This document shows, piece by piece, positions 51,300-63,065 of a stretch of DNA of 64,000 nucleotides. The position numbers and the translations under genes were made by a program. The notes under the pieces were generated by a model. That model searched no databases, was not told where the DNA came from, and saw only the letters and a list, made by a program, of their open reading frames with translations. Numbering within the stretch: position 1 is the first letter of the stretch; each line of letters starts with the position of its first letter. Origin of the DNA: Dicyema japonicum (Eukaryota; Animalia; Dicyemida); NCBI GenBank assembly GCA_011109175.1, contig RDEW01000007.1:495712-559711 (forward strand), given 5' to 3'.

Positions 51300-52650
51300 C
51301 GAAATGTCTATATGAGGTCGACTTATTGTGTTAATGGTCGAAATGATAGACCCAGGAGACATACACTAAGTTTCTGAACTAAAGAAACGTCGAATCATGT
51401 GCGTCCCCATATCTTCCAAGTCCCCTTCTGCACGAATATCTGAGCATGAACAAATGAATTCATCATAGGACTATCGATTCCTTGAAACCTGAAACATCAA
51501 CAGGAAACTTTTTGGCTGTGATGAGGTTCATAATTTTCTTAATCTCAACTTTGAAAGTAAGAAACTGGGAAGTGTCAATCAAATTGCGTATAAGAGGATT
51601 CACCATTCCTTCAAAGTTATGTGTGCTTGACCCGCTGAGGAGGCTGTCAACTGGAAAGTTTCCTAACTTGCCAATACATAGAGGAGAACAGTTAACCATG
51701 TTTCTTTTTAAGGGACCCAAAATAAGACTTGGCTCGTTAGACTGGCCGCCTTTAAGAATTTTCGTTGTAATTCAATTTGAAGATTTTCAATATGCTGGAT
51801 CTTGTGTTCTGGTAAAATCCAACTTTACTGCAGTCTCCTGGATTGGGAAAGTTTCTATGACGAGGAGCGTAAAATCTGGATTGCCCACGAAGGACTTGCG
51901 TATGTCATCGTGGGTGGATAAATTGGTCATAAACAGTGGCAAGGTTCCCAGTTTGGTTTTTAAGTGTCTTTGAGAGAACTTTTAAAATTTTCATTTTCTT
52001 CAGAGCAGAAGTTACTTTGATCTCAACATGTCTGATAAAAGAGAGTTTATGGTGGAGTTGATCCATTTCATTAATTGTTCGACGGAGGAAGGAGTGGGGA
52101 AATTCAAGAGTCCACTGAAAGTATCGACGTACTCCTTGAATCCTCTCCAGTTCGCAAGGCTGTAATTAATTGTCGTCGGACACTGTCCTTTCATCCGTGA
52201 CCTCATTTTGACCTCCAAAAATATTGGATTTTGGTCACTCCCGTTTCATATTTCATTGACAACAATATCTGCTTCGCATTAAAGTCACCACAGATAATCA
52301 CATCCTGAGAGGAGTCAATCTGGGAGCACAGGAGAAGCAGGAACTCAAAGGCGGAAGATATGCGCTGGCTAGCATCATTGAAAGTCTCAGGAATGTGACT
52401 TTGATGGCCACAAGTTCGATATTTCCACGGTCGTTGAACATACTGTAGACATTGTCAGTTATATCCTCAAACGGAATTCCGTTCGAATTACTATGAGACA
52501 GCATCCACCACGACGAATGGTGTTGGATTCTCGGGGGAAAGTTTGGATCGTTGGATTAGCAACATATCGATGCGGTGTTCCATTAAATAATTTTGAAGTT
52601 CAAGTATCTTGTTCTTGATTCCATTTATAGAGCTGAACTATTCTGGCTAG
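51300..52650 (-). mobile_element. Decayed I/Jockey-like LINE (endonuclease and partial RT region)
   Basis: ASAYLPP, SDQNPIF, INYSLANWRGFKEYVD fragments. Confidence 0.6.
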
Positions 52651-54536
52651 TCCAGGGATTGCCTCAACGTCTCCACAACGGCATAGGCCTTCCTTGTTGG
52701 TCCATCCGTGAGGATAGGGAAAGTGTGGTTCTTTTCTTCCAAATGCCACGTTAAATTGCTATGGGTAAGACTATGTCTCTTTCAAGCAGGAAAAATTGTT
52801 ACTGGAATTAAGGCTAATCTGGAACGAAGGCTATTGTAGCTAGAAACAGTGATTCAATGGACAGAATCTCAAAGAAGAACGCATATGGAAAGTACCATTG
52901 AGTTCCTTCCTAACACTATAAACACTTCCGGATGAAGATCTTCATATTCCTTGAACCAGAATGTACACTGAGTAAAAATACGGGTTCTATAAAATACTCG
53001 AAGCCTAAGGGTCTTCCTCGATGTCGCATGGGACTAGATTGAGTAAAGGGGAAAATTATGACTTGTAAAATATACAATTTCCTTAAATTTTGCGAGAATT
53101 TCAATGATTGGATTGTGTAATAATAAACACTTACGCATAAACCATAGTACTCCTCACGTGTGTTAAGGAAACAATATCAAATATCAGTTTTTCCGCTCTC
53201 CTCGATTATACCAGGTATCCAAGTCGTCCATAGCCCTTTCTCGGTGTTTTGTCATTATTTAGCCTTTCACAAAGAAAGCTTTCTAGGATAACGTAATAGC
53301 CTTCTATAGCTATTTATGCTGGAAGATCATCTCCATTATATGTATTTTTTAGATTGAATGAAGAAAGGAGATCAAAATACATATTTTTGAATATTTTGGT
53401 CCACCAACTAGGTTAGGACACTTAAGTGATATTCGGCCCTTTGAGATCGTTTTCAATTTTTTCAATCGCATTCTAAACGTCTGGAGCGGTTGGAATGCAA
53501 TTGCTGGGAGACTCAGAGACCTGTGAACTGAATGGTTTCCACATGGCCATCATTCGCAGTAATGGACACTATCTCCTGACAGCTGGAGCACGATTTGTTA
53601 CTACTGTCTTTTTTCTGTTTCCGAATAAAAATTAACCGCCGTAAACTAACACGTGACTAGCCTAATGACTTTTTTGGATAAACTGGTGACGATATTCTGG
53701 TCCACCATGACGTAGTTTTAGTAAACTTAAGGTCTCCATATCCCAAAATGGATATAGCCTTTTGTTCCTTTTCTTAAGGGACTCGAGAGATTAAAAATTC
53801 GAAGTTCTGAAAAAAAGGGAAGCTTCAGATGCACCAGGTTTGTCTTAATAGGAAGAACTGAAAGCTAGGAATAGGAGGAATGGAGACTTAGTTTGTTATT
53901 CTCGTAGACGAGGTGACGGTCCCAGAAGAAATCGGAAACCGAAGTTCTGAAAAAGGAAGTGTATAAGATTTGGGTTTGAATCTCGCCTAACCCAAGAGTG
54001 AAAGAATTTAGGAGATCACTAATCCGGCGTGTATATTCGAATTGCGGTTGATTCATTTTCGTTCGAATTCTTCAAATCGACGTTTGAGAAAATTTAGTTG
54101 ATAGCACAGATAATATCTTCTTTTAAGAAAAAATTAATAATATTTTAAGGTGGTTAACCAATTAAACCAATAATTCAAAATCTGTGCCTGTTAACAACAA
54201 TATATATTTCTAGTGGAGGTTTGTCGCTTATTTTGTTATTGACTTCAACGTGGCTGTTATCAAAATACTTGATATTCAACTATTTTGGTAACATATAATC
54301 AAGCTGCACGTGTCGATGACAAAATTTATGATTTTATATTTTCTCGGATACAATTCGGATGGCTCTCCAGAAGGGAAATGGACATATGTTATATCTTGGG
54401 TGGTTTTAAAGGTATTTGGTGATGGCTTATTAGAGATCTGCAAGTATATGAGAGCATACTGGGAACTTAAGTCCTTAAATTTTGACTTTGGAAGAAAAAT
54501 AAGCAAGAGAGGTATAAATACATTTAATTATTATAG

Positions 54537-57266
54537 TTACTGATGTCTTGAAGTTTGGTTTGATCGTCGACTTAATTCTGACTGAGGGATGATGCGATTG
54601 TAGTCAACGTGCCTGTTACCAGTGGGAGTGTTGGGAGGATTATGAGTAAATGGATTGTGTAGCGATTTTGTGAATAATATACTGGCGTGGGATAGTACGG
54701 ATATTGTGGATCGTAAGTAGACTGAGGGCGGTAGGGATATGTGGATCATAAGTAGACTGAGGGATATAAGGATACTGTGAATCATAAGTAGATTGAGGGA
54801 GGTGGTAGGGATATTGTGGATCATAAATATACGAAGGGTTATAGGGATATTGTGAATCATAAGTAGACTGAGGACGGTAGGGATGTTGTGAATCATAAGT
54901 AGACTGCGGGAGGTAGGGATATTGTGGATCATAAATATACGAAGGGTCGTAGGGATGTTGTGAATAGGTAGACGAATGGTGATAGTGAAAGTGTGGACCA
55001 CAAGTAGACGGAGAGTAGTAGGGAGTTTGTGAATCATAGGTAAGGTGATGGTAGTAAGGGTTTTGCGAACTGTCAATATGAGTTCTCTGATATTCTTCAT
55101 TATAATGGGGATTCTGAGTCATTTGATAACTTTGAGGGCGTCTTAGATGCATCCGCTGCCCATAACTGGGATTTCTGCAAAATCTTGTTGGAGGTTGAAT
55201 TCGCATATGGGGAGATTCTCTGACATTAGCCATCGGAAGGCGTATTGGGTTTCTTTGATTTGGATTGTACATGGATAAATTATATGACTGTCCACGTGGC
55301 ATTGAACGTACTCTATGAAGTATGACTTTGAAATATTACCTATATTGTGGACGTTCGGTCTGAGGCATAGTTTCATTTCTTGGTTGAACCCGCGTCCTCG
55401 AACAAATTTCTGAACTCGGTAAATTAAGACCTCTCTGACTTTGATTCCCAGGAGTCTCACCGGTGGATCGAAATGCATTCCTTATTGGGATTCTCGGTCT
55501 AAGAGTATTTGGATAATTTGAAGATTCTTGATTTTGAAATTCTGGCCTCAGTTGGGTGATTGGAGTTGTTTGGATATCCGATATTTGTCGGTTTTGACTT
55601 TCTTCCTGAATTCCAAAGACTGGTACATTTTCTGTTTGGTTATTCAATGTTTGAATTCTTTCTTCATTTTGATCCACAAAATCAGCTTCCGTAGCTTGAA
55701 TTTTGGCTCTTCTGTTCTGAAAAAATCTTGATTCCGGATCATAATGATAAATATTCTCAGAAATCAAATGATTGTGTCTAATTCTTCTTCCAGATCTCTC
55801 AATTGGTCTCTCAATATTGATTGGTGGCAAAGGTTCCCTGTGATCTTCAAATTCGTTATCCCTGCGAGATATGGTGGCAGGAGGTTCCACATTTATTGCC
55901 GGCAAGTGGGACAAAAAAAATAAGGGGTTTGAAGTAGTGCTTTCAGAATTTTTGGGGGACAAATGAATATTCACGGGGGGCGAAGCAATAGGAGAATCTT
56001 GGATTAATAGTCTACTTGATGACATATTCATCAAATCAAAAGTATTCCTCCCTTCCATGAAGATACACCCGCGATCAAATCCAGAATCATTTACCGGTCT
56101 CCTCAATTCGTTTTGAGGTTCATTTTGATCATCAGTAAAAATATCTAGATTCGATATCTCTTGAGGTTGATGGAACTGAAATTCAGGTATCAGTTGTTCT
56201 CCAAAGTTTTGAGGATAATAATACTCAAATGGGAACTCCTGTTGAACATTTTGTTGGTCACCGTGTTCAACTGGGAACTCATACTCAACGTTTTGTTGTT
56301 CACGGTGTTCTAATGGGAACTCATATGGAACGTGTTGTTGTTCACGGTGTTCTAATGGGAACTCGTATGGAACGTTTAGTTGGTCACGGTGTTCTAATGG
56401 GAACTCATGTGGAACGTTTAGTTGGTCACGGTGTTCCATTGGGAACTCATGTGGAACGTTTAGTTGGTCACGGTGTTCCATTGGGAACTCATGTGGAAAG
56501 TTTAGTTGGTCACGGTGTTCTATTAGGAACTCATGTAGAACGTTTTGTTGAGTTTGTTGGTATAAGTGTTGATATTCTGGATTTAAAACCACCTCACGAT
56601 GCTGTAACTGAAATTCCTGATTAATATTTTGTTGTGGAACATTCTGTGATTCTTGAGGATTTGGAAATGCTCTGTTACTGGATTCTATGGGATTCCCAAA
56701 ATTAGTTGAATCTTGAATGGTTTCCATATTTACTCGAGATTCATATACTTCTTGTTCTGTTAATGGAATTATAATATTTTGTCTCAGAATAACCCTCGTC
56801 CGTCTCGCTTGTGGAACGTTTTCTCGATTTATGATTCTATCTCTTGGGATATGTTCCTAAAAATTGCGTAAAAAACTTACTCTGTTTATAAATTCGAATC
56901 CATGAACTACTGATTCGGTTTTTATGAGTAGATGATGTCTGTACTTTGTTCTCAAGGCTCTGCAAAATTTGTCAATATTCATTTCGGAGTTTCCCGTGTA
57001 TACTCCCCAAGCATAAGACATCACTTCCACATTCCGAATTATAAATTTCCCATCTGTGTAATTATCCCATTCCACGAACGGGCATTGACTTTGTAGGAGT
57101 TCGAATATAAAGTCCAATAACAACAATGTCCCCGACGCTAAATGTGAATATACACTTTCTTACATGGTCTCCAGTTTATTAAGAATTCCTCTTCTCTGGG
57201 ATTCAATTCTATGTGATCAAAGGTGTTTTCTGTATTTCTATAACTTCTTCTATTTCGTCGTGGCAT
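54537..57266 (-). CDS. Divergent ETS-domain transcription factor with a long repetitive low-complexity tail, 3 micro-introns
   Basis: LLLLDFIFELLQ..FVEWD..GKFII..AWG..MNIDKFCRALR..FEF. Introns of 26, 24 and 27 nt join the 89-, 463- and 220-aa ORFs in frame. The C-terminus is uncertain (stop at 54640 or 54537) because of indels near 54740 and 54666. Confidence 0.85.
54700..55050 (-). repeat. Coding tandem repeat, 36-nt unit (YDxQYPYxPQST), about 9 copies
   Basis: Visible in both DNA and translation. Confidence 0.85.
56225..56550 (-). repeat. Coding tandem repeat, 42-nt unit (EFPMEHRDQLNVPH), about 7.5 copies
   Basis: GGAACTCATGTGGAACGTTTAGTTGGTCACGGTGTTC repeated at 42-nt spacing. Confidence 0.9.
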
Positions 57267-57392
57267 ATTTATTTTTAGGAAACAAATTGCGATATTTACT
57301 TCTTATATTTTGCCTTAATCTTCAAAAATGGGAATTTTTTGTGTTTAGGACATTTTCGAAAATTTCTAAAACAGACAATTTAAGTCAAATAA

Positions 57393-59074
57393 ATGGCCAT
57401 GATATTATTATTAAAGGAAAACAGTTAACAACTACCTAAAGGTTCCTTTCAGTGAAAGGTGGACGCTCTCAGAGTAGAACACGCATTTGTAAGGAAATGC
57501 GCTTAATAAGCCAGCTACTCTCTCGCTTATATTTTTTCCTCCTAACGATAATGGATCCAATGTGGTTCAGCAGGCTTAGTGACCTGCCTCCAATGACCCC
57601 TGACGAATAGAAAACGACTATTACCCCTTATTGGCTTCTATAATTATTAGCAAAAAAGTAATGCTTGTTTGCTAGTCCTGATGTGGGTTCGTAAATACTC
57701 CTTATTTTAACTGTACATTTTTTATTGTTGAAGACAATTTATTAAAAGACAATCAGAATAATCCAGCTGATAAAAAGAAAAGGCTGTTTCCCATGACAAC
57801 TGCCAGAGAAATCCCCATCCAAATCAAGCATTTCCCCGGTAGAAGGGGAAGACAGTTAGCCAGTCTGGGCGTTTTCCATCTCCAAGATTAGGGCTCACCG
57901 TAAGAAGAGCCAGAATGCAAGCCCTACGGTGCAAGTCTTCCGTTCCATAAAGGTCGAATGAGTATTTTTGTACAAAATGTCGGTCTGTTCCTCAGTTGGC
58001 GTGTATCAAGAGGGGTTTCTCAGAAAGCCACCGACTTGCTCTTCACCCATCAGAAATTTTGTCATCCAAAGCGGACCCAGATTACCAATTTCAGATTTAG
58101 TCGCATAAATCTCGAGTCCATAACTGCTAAGAATGGGAAGAATTATTCCAAGACTTTTCACAACCGTCTCGGAAAATCCACCGATCGTAGTAGTCCAAGG
58201 AAATCATCTTGTTAGATCCAAGTCGAAGATTTAATGAGAGATCATCACCAATAACGAGATGGGTTGGAGTACCGTATTTACTACTCCCAGATTTACAATC
58301 TTTAGTAAACCCAGCAGAGTCACAACTAATTGATCCAAGGAAATCCAAGGGAGAACGTCTGCTTGTTTCGACCAAATCCATCCTCCAGTAGTCCAGGCTT
58401 CCGCTTCAAAAGAGAGGTGGAGAAGTAGGTCTGCTCTCTTCCATTTACCGTCGCTGACATCACTTCATTCTTCCGAAGAGATGAAGACATAAGCGTACTA
58501 AAGCTATGAAAAATTAAAAAAAACTCAGAGATCGCTACCGTTTTGTCACAACTGCCCTCAAAACCTCTGGGGTTGGTTATGGAGTCATCAATGAAATCGC
58601 AATGCGACTCAGACACACCTTTGTGCCCCCGGGCACTGGTTGTAAGATCGAGATCACATAACGCAACTCTTGTCAACGAAAAAGATAAGGAACGGGGAAT
58701 AGAGAAACCTTCGACCAGAGCAGAGGATGAATCCAACCCAAGATTAAGGTATATTCAGTTCCCACGGTTGGAGTAAGACGCATCCTTTTCAAGCATCACG
58801 TCCATCCATAATCGCCATTGCGGGAACCCTTTAACTTGAATAGAGAAGAAAGGGGTCCTTTTCGGATGCCGACCAGGCATATGTGTCCCCCGAATTAGGC
58901 GGATCCCACGACGCTTCTAAGGAGCTGAAGAAGGCAAAAAGCAGAACTACAAACTTCGATCAAGTAACATGTTGGAAAAACCCACAGCAAATCGCGGTGC
59001 GAGTGACGACAAAACCTGGCCTCACTAAGCTACCTGCCCAAGCAGAAATTAAAAAAAACTATATGTTTAAATAA
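57393..59074 (+). CDS. Probable uncharacterised multi-intron gene; exon structure unresolved
   Basis: A chain of + strand ORFs separated by micro-intron-like segments, with no TE motifs. It starts divergently from the ETS gene and ends 40 bp from the convergent stop at 59115. Confidence 0.4.
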
Positions 59075-59114
59075 AAATTAAATTAAAAAAACCAAAATTT
59101 TTAAATTAAATTTA

Positions 59115-59812
59115 TCATAATTCGAATGAGCTAGTTATCCTTGGGCCACGTTCCGCCGAGAAGTAATTTACAGTCGGCTTCACTCGTTCGGGAATGACGA
59201 TTGGTTTTTCACTCTAAAATTCCTAAAAATGCAACCTCCTCAATAATTCGTGTCACTGAGTCATTTGCCAGTATTTCGTCCACCTTGGAATTCAAATATG
59301 TCAGAAACCCTATCAAGGTGCTCCCCACATGTTTTTTCCCCAAATTCAGTTATTTTCAGTAAACCTGAAATTTCTCTGAGCTGCTCAATTAACCCCTCAC
59401 TTAACAGGGGGATCACGATGTTGGGAAAATTCAGTATCAAGTTAGTTTCGAAAAAGAAAAGTAAAGAAGAGGTCACAAATTCTAGGGTTTGAAATTTGCC
59501 CAACTATTCATTAGTTCGGCATCCTCCAGGTAGGGAATAGAATCCTTTGATGGAAAGTAACTATTCAAGTCCTCGAATTTATCGGAAATTTACATTTTCG
59601 ATAGATAAGGTAATATTAGTAAGAATTGTCTTGGCATTAAACGGCGGAAGACTTCTTACATAATCGATCAACTTTTCAATCTCGGGGTACCTTTCATTGT
59701 AGACCTTCTCAACTAAGATTAAATTTAAAAGCAAACCAAAGACGGAAAGTGATTGAATTTTAGTATCCAGGGAATCAGAAAAAATGAGAGAAAATATCAG
59801 AAGTAAAAACAT
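59115..59812 (-). CDS. Orphan secreted or ER-luminal protein (about 190 aa), 5 micro-introns
   Basis: Signal peptide MFLLLIFSLIFS. Introns of 24, 22, 23, 25 and 22 nt give one frame ending ITSSFEL*. An AT-rich block lies upstream. Confidence 0.7.
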
Positions 59813-60751
59813 CAACCAGATAATGAAACGTATTAAATTTATGAATTAAAATAATTTAATTTTTATAAAAATTTAATATTTTATTAATTATTTGTTAAGA
59901 TTTTCCATTATGAAACTCTTCCGCTAAAGAATGAAGGATGTCTGCTACGAGAGGACGGACTATTTTAGGGTGGATTTGGTCATATTCTTCCAGCCAAAAT
60001 TAAAAGAATTTGGGGGTCATCTGTCAGAAATTAATAGTCGATATGATTCTATGTACATTGCTAATAATAAGTCGCAGCTTACCGTCTCTATTAGTTCTAA
60101 TGACGCCTAAGGGACACTTAATGAGAACCTTTCTTTCCAGTCCACCGTGAGTAATCTCCCTCCACGTTTCTGTGACGTGTCGGGATCACGTGATTAGTTC
60201 TGGTCTCTGGAATTTTTCATTTCGTGAGGTTTGTACTGCAAATTTTTTTAGTGGAAGATTCTGGTATTGTAGCTTAGAGAGATTTTATCTGAGAGCTAAG
60301 CGCAGTATGGAGAATTCTAGACCGAATTTGGTTAAATTTTTTATAATTGGATTAATCTGCTTTTTTCATTAGTCAATCGATTTCGGTAAAATCGTCTCTA
60401 ATTAGCACATGTTGGAGATGGGATTAAAAATCTACACCATTCGGTTTGAGTCACATATTTTCGACCTCTTCTAACTCGTGACCCAACTCTAAACCACGAT
60501 TTGATCTCTAAGAGGTCGCTCTTACTTAATTCTGTGAAAATGAGTCTTTGACCTCTACTAACTCTTCTTATTTTCCAGTACCCCCAATATATGACGTCAT
60601 TTACTGATATGAAAAATTATGGAAAATCCTCTTCGAAACATCTTGAGTGGTTTGGAGAATGGGTAAGGGTCATCAAGGTACTCGGGAACAGAGACCCTCG
60701 CAAACGGAGATGTTTTCATAGTGCCTGGGGGTGGTCATCGTCCGCTGCAGT

Positions 60752-60900
60752 ACCCATTGTCTCAGCGTAACAAGTGCCGGGCAAAAGGACTGATGGCCTT
60801 GGTTCGAATCCCACTACTGACATTTCGGTTGAAGGTTCCACGCATCTACGACGCTTTAGCTTGACGAGTGACGTTTTCATCAGTGAACATTTCACTGTGC
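60752..60900 (+). mobile_element. tRNA-derived SINE
   Basis: A-box-like TGTCTCAGCG, B-box GGTTCGAATCC, body ending TCATCAGTGAACATTTCAC; second copy at 62931-63065(-). Confidence 0.75.
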
Positions 60901-61084
60901 TACGCAAACCTGTCAATCACATAAAACAATAATTTCTCAAGAATCTCTATATTTGCCACTTGTTTGTCAGCTGTAACAAAATTCTGTTAGATTGACCTTA
61001 AAAATGCGACGATACTGAATCATTATGCAAAACTAACCTACTTCACGATGGTATAGACTCAGCTCATGTTCCCCGTCGGTAGGT

Positions 61085-61460
61085 GAACGATCCTTTAGCG
61101 ATTTATGTTTTCAATGATATGAAGGGCCACTATCGAAGAACTAATGAATGTCATCCATCTCTCATCTCTTACATACGCAACTTTTTATGGATGACCCAAA
61201 AATATTTTCCCGGAATGAGGATGACTAAGAAAGGTGATACCTCAAAATTGATGGATCTGACGTAATGCTGGTAAATCTGCTACTAATTTGATAAATCAGT
61301 TGGACTCTGATAGAATGGATGGCTATCGATACCTTGGGGTACTGGAAAGTAAGAAGAGCATTGCCCTGAAGGAGTGTTACCAATCTTTGACGGAGTAAAA
61401 GGATAGACAATCTGTGGAGTGCTTAACCAAACTCAGCTCGATATAGAACCGGCAGAATAC
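61085..61460 (+). mobile_element. R4-like RT remnant
   Basis: YVFND, GYRYLGVLES, RIDNL fragments. Confidence 0.5.
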
Positions 61461-61984
61461 AGCTTTTTGATAAAAATATGCACGAGCTCCTTATAGATTG
61501 TCAGATCCTTTTGAATCCTTGATATTGCTGTCGATAGCTGCGGGTTCAATTCCTGGACCGCTAGAAACGTGGTCGAAGAATTCCCTTTTGCCTTTTTCAA
61601 TGTTTAAGAGCGTAATGGAATCCACCAGACTCAGGGGACGCCCAGTGCTTGGGCAGCATCCAAACAGGATCCCTCTCTTCCCTACTCCAATGGAGTTCAA
61701 ATGTAAGGAGGTTGATACCAGTCGCGAATAAAAGTGAGCGAATACTTCTCCAATTCATGCGTTGTTACAGTTCGCACTATTCAATTGCTTGAATAGCACA
61801 GATGTCGACGTAACTGAAATTTTCTGTCGGTTAACCAGGTAACTCTCTCAGTGAGGGATAAGTCTGAATCAAGATCGCGACTTATGAAAAAAATTGCAAC
61901 TTAGGTCAAAACCGTTGAACAACAAAAAGATGTGGAGGAATGTTAGTGACTGGTTGCATACACCCGCATCTTTGCCGCTAATGA

Positions 61985-62600
61985 GACAATGACTGTATTC
62001 GGATTGGGATCGCACAGCGCCTAGGAATTGATGTATGCGTCGAACACCAATGTCGTTGTGGAGGGATCGTCGATGTTAAAGGGCTGAATCCGCTTTCGCA
62101 GAGCACCCCGCCACGCTGCTATGAAAAGCATTGTCATGCGTGATCTTAAAGCTGCAGGCTTCCCTGCGGTGCTGGAGCCAGTGGGATTGGACCGCGGAGA
62201 CGGGAAAAGACCGGATGGGCTAACAATCTTTCCATTCTCCGAGGGAAAATCGCTAGTATGGGACTGCACTTGTGTGATTTTTTCTCGAACTCGATGACGT
62301 TCATCTCGGCGTAGTCTGCTGAATCGGCAGCTGATCTGGCCGAGAAAATCAAGATAAAAAAATATGGCGAAATCGGAGATCGTTTTGTACCGGTGACAAT
62401 CGAAACGTTTGGTGCTGCGGGAAGTATCACAGCCTCTTTCCTGAAGGAAATCGGGGAAAATTGGCCCATCGTAAGGAAGCGGTCTGGCTGAGGCAACGAA
62501 TTGGAATTGCATTGTCCGCGGAAACGCTTACTCCGTAATGTCAGCAGCCGCTCTTCCCCGTTATTGTTAATAAATAATATTTTATTGTTAAATAAAACGT
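61985..62600 (+). mobile_element. CRE-clade 3' fragment
   Basis: [53 protein letters not shown]. Confidence 0.85.
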
Positions 62601-62754
62601 GTTTTATTAAAAAAATGAGACAAAGGTTCAACTGCACTTTTACGCATAGCTACATTAGTTAGAGCCAGGCAGGAGGACACACACCTTATTTCAATAAAGA
62701 ACAGTTATGATAACTTTTTTTAATCAAAGGGAACCTTATTTAGCCAAAAAGTAA

Positions 62755-62930
62755 CAGTTAACAATTTCTGGCTGCTCTCATTATTAAGAACGCATTTCTT
62801 CTGACGATTTGCAAGGAAATTCGCTCAATGAGCCTTTCTCTCCGATCATTCTTCCTCTTCTCGATGAACGAACCGATCCTGTTTAGCAGCATCAGTGACC
62901 TGCTTCCAATAATTCCTGATGTTTCAACTG
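62755..62930 (-). mobile_element. CRE-clade 3' remnant abutting a SINE
   Basis: ISVETSGIIG..RERLIERISLQIVRRNAFLI. Confidence 0.7.
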
Positions 62931-63065
62931 AAATTTTCACTGATGACGTCACTCGTCAAGCCAAAGCACCGTAGATGAACATTCAACCAAAATTTCAGTG
63001 CGAGATTCTAACCATGGGCCATCAGTCCTCTTGCCTGGCACTCGTTACACTGAGCCAAAGGTTCA
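62931..63065 (-). mobile_element. tRNA-derived SINE, second copy
   Basis: Reverse complement TTTGGCTCAGTGTAACGAGTGCCAGGCAAGAGGACTGATGGCC..GGTTAGAATC aligns with 60752-60900. Confidence 0.75.

Noticed and set aside
41012-61560. tRNA genes at B-box-like sites (41050, 60800, 61540; also 35235 and 40008)
   Set aside because: None forms a complete cloverleaf; treated as SINE heads or chance matches.
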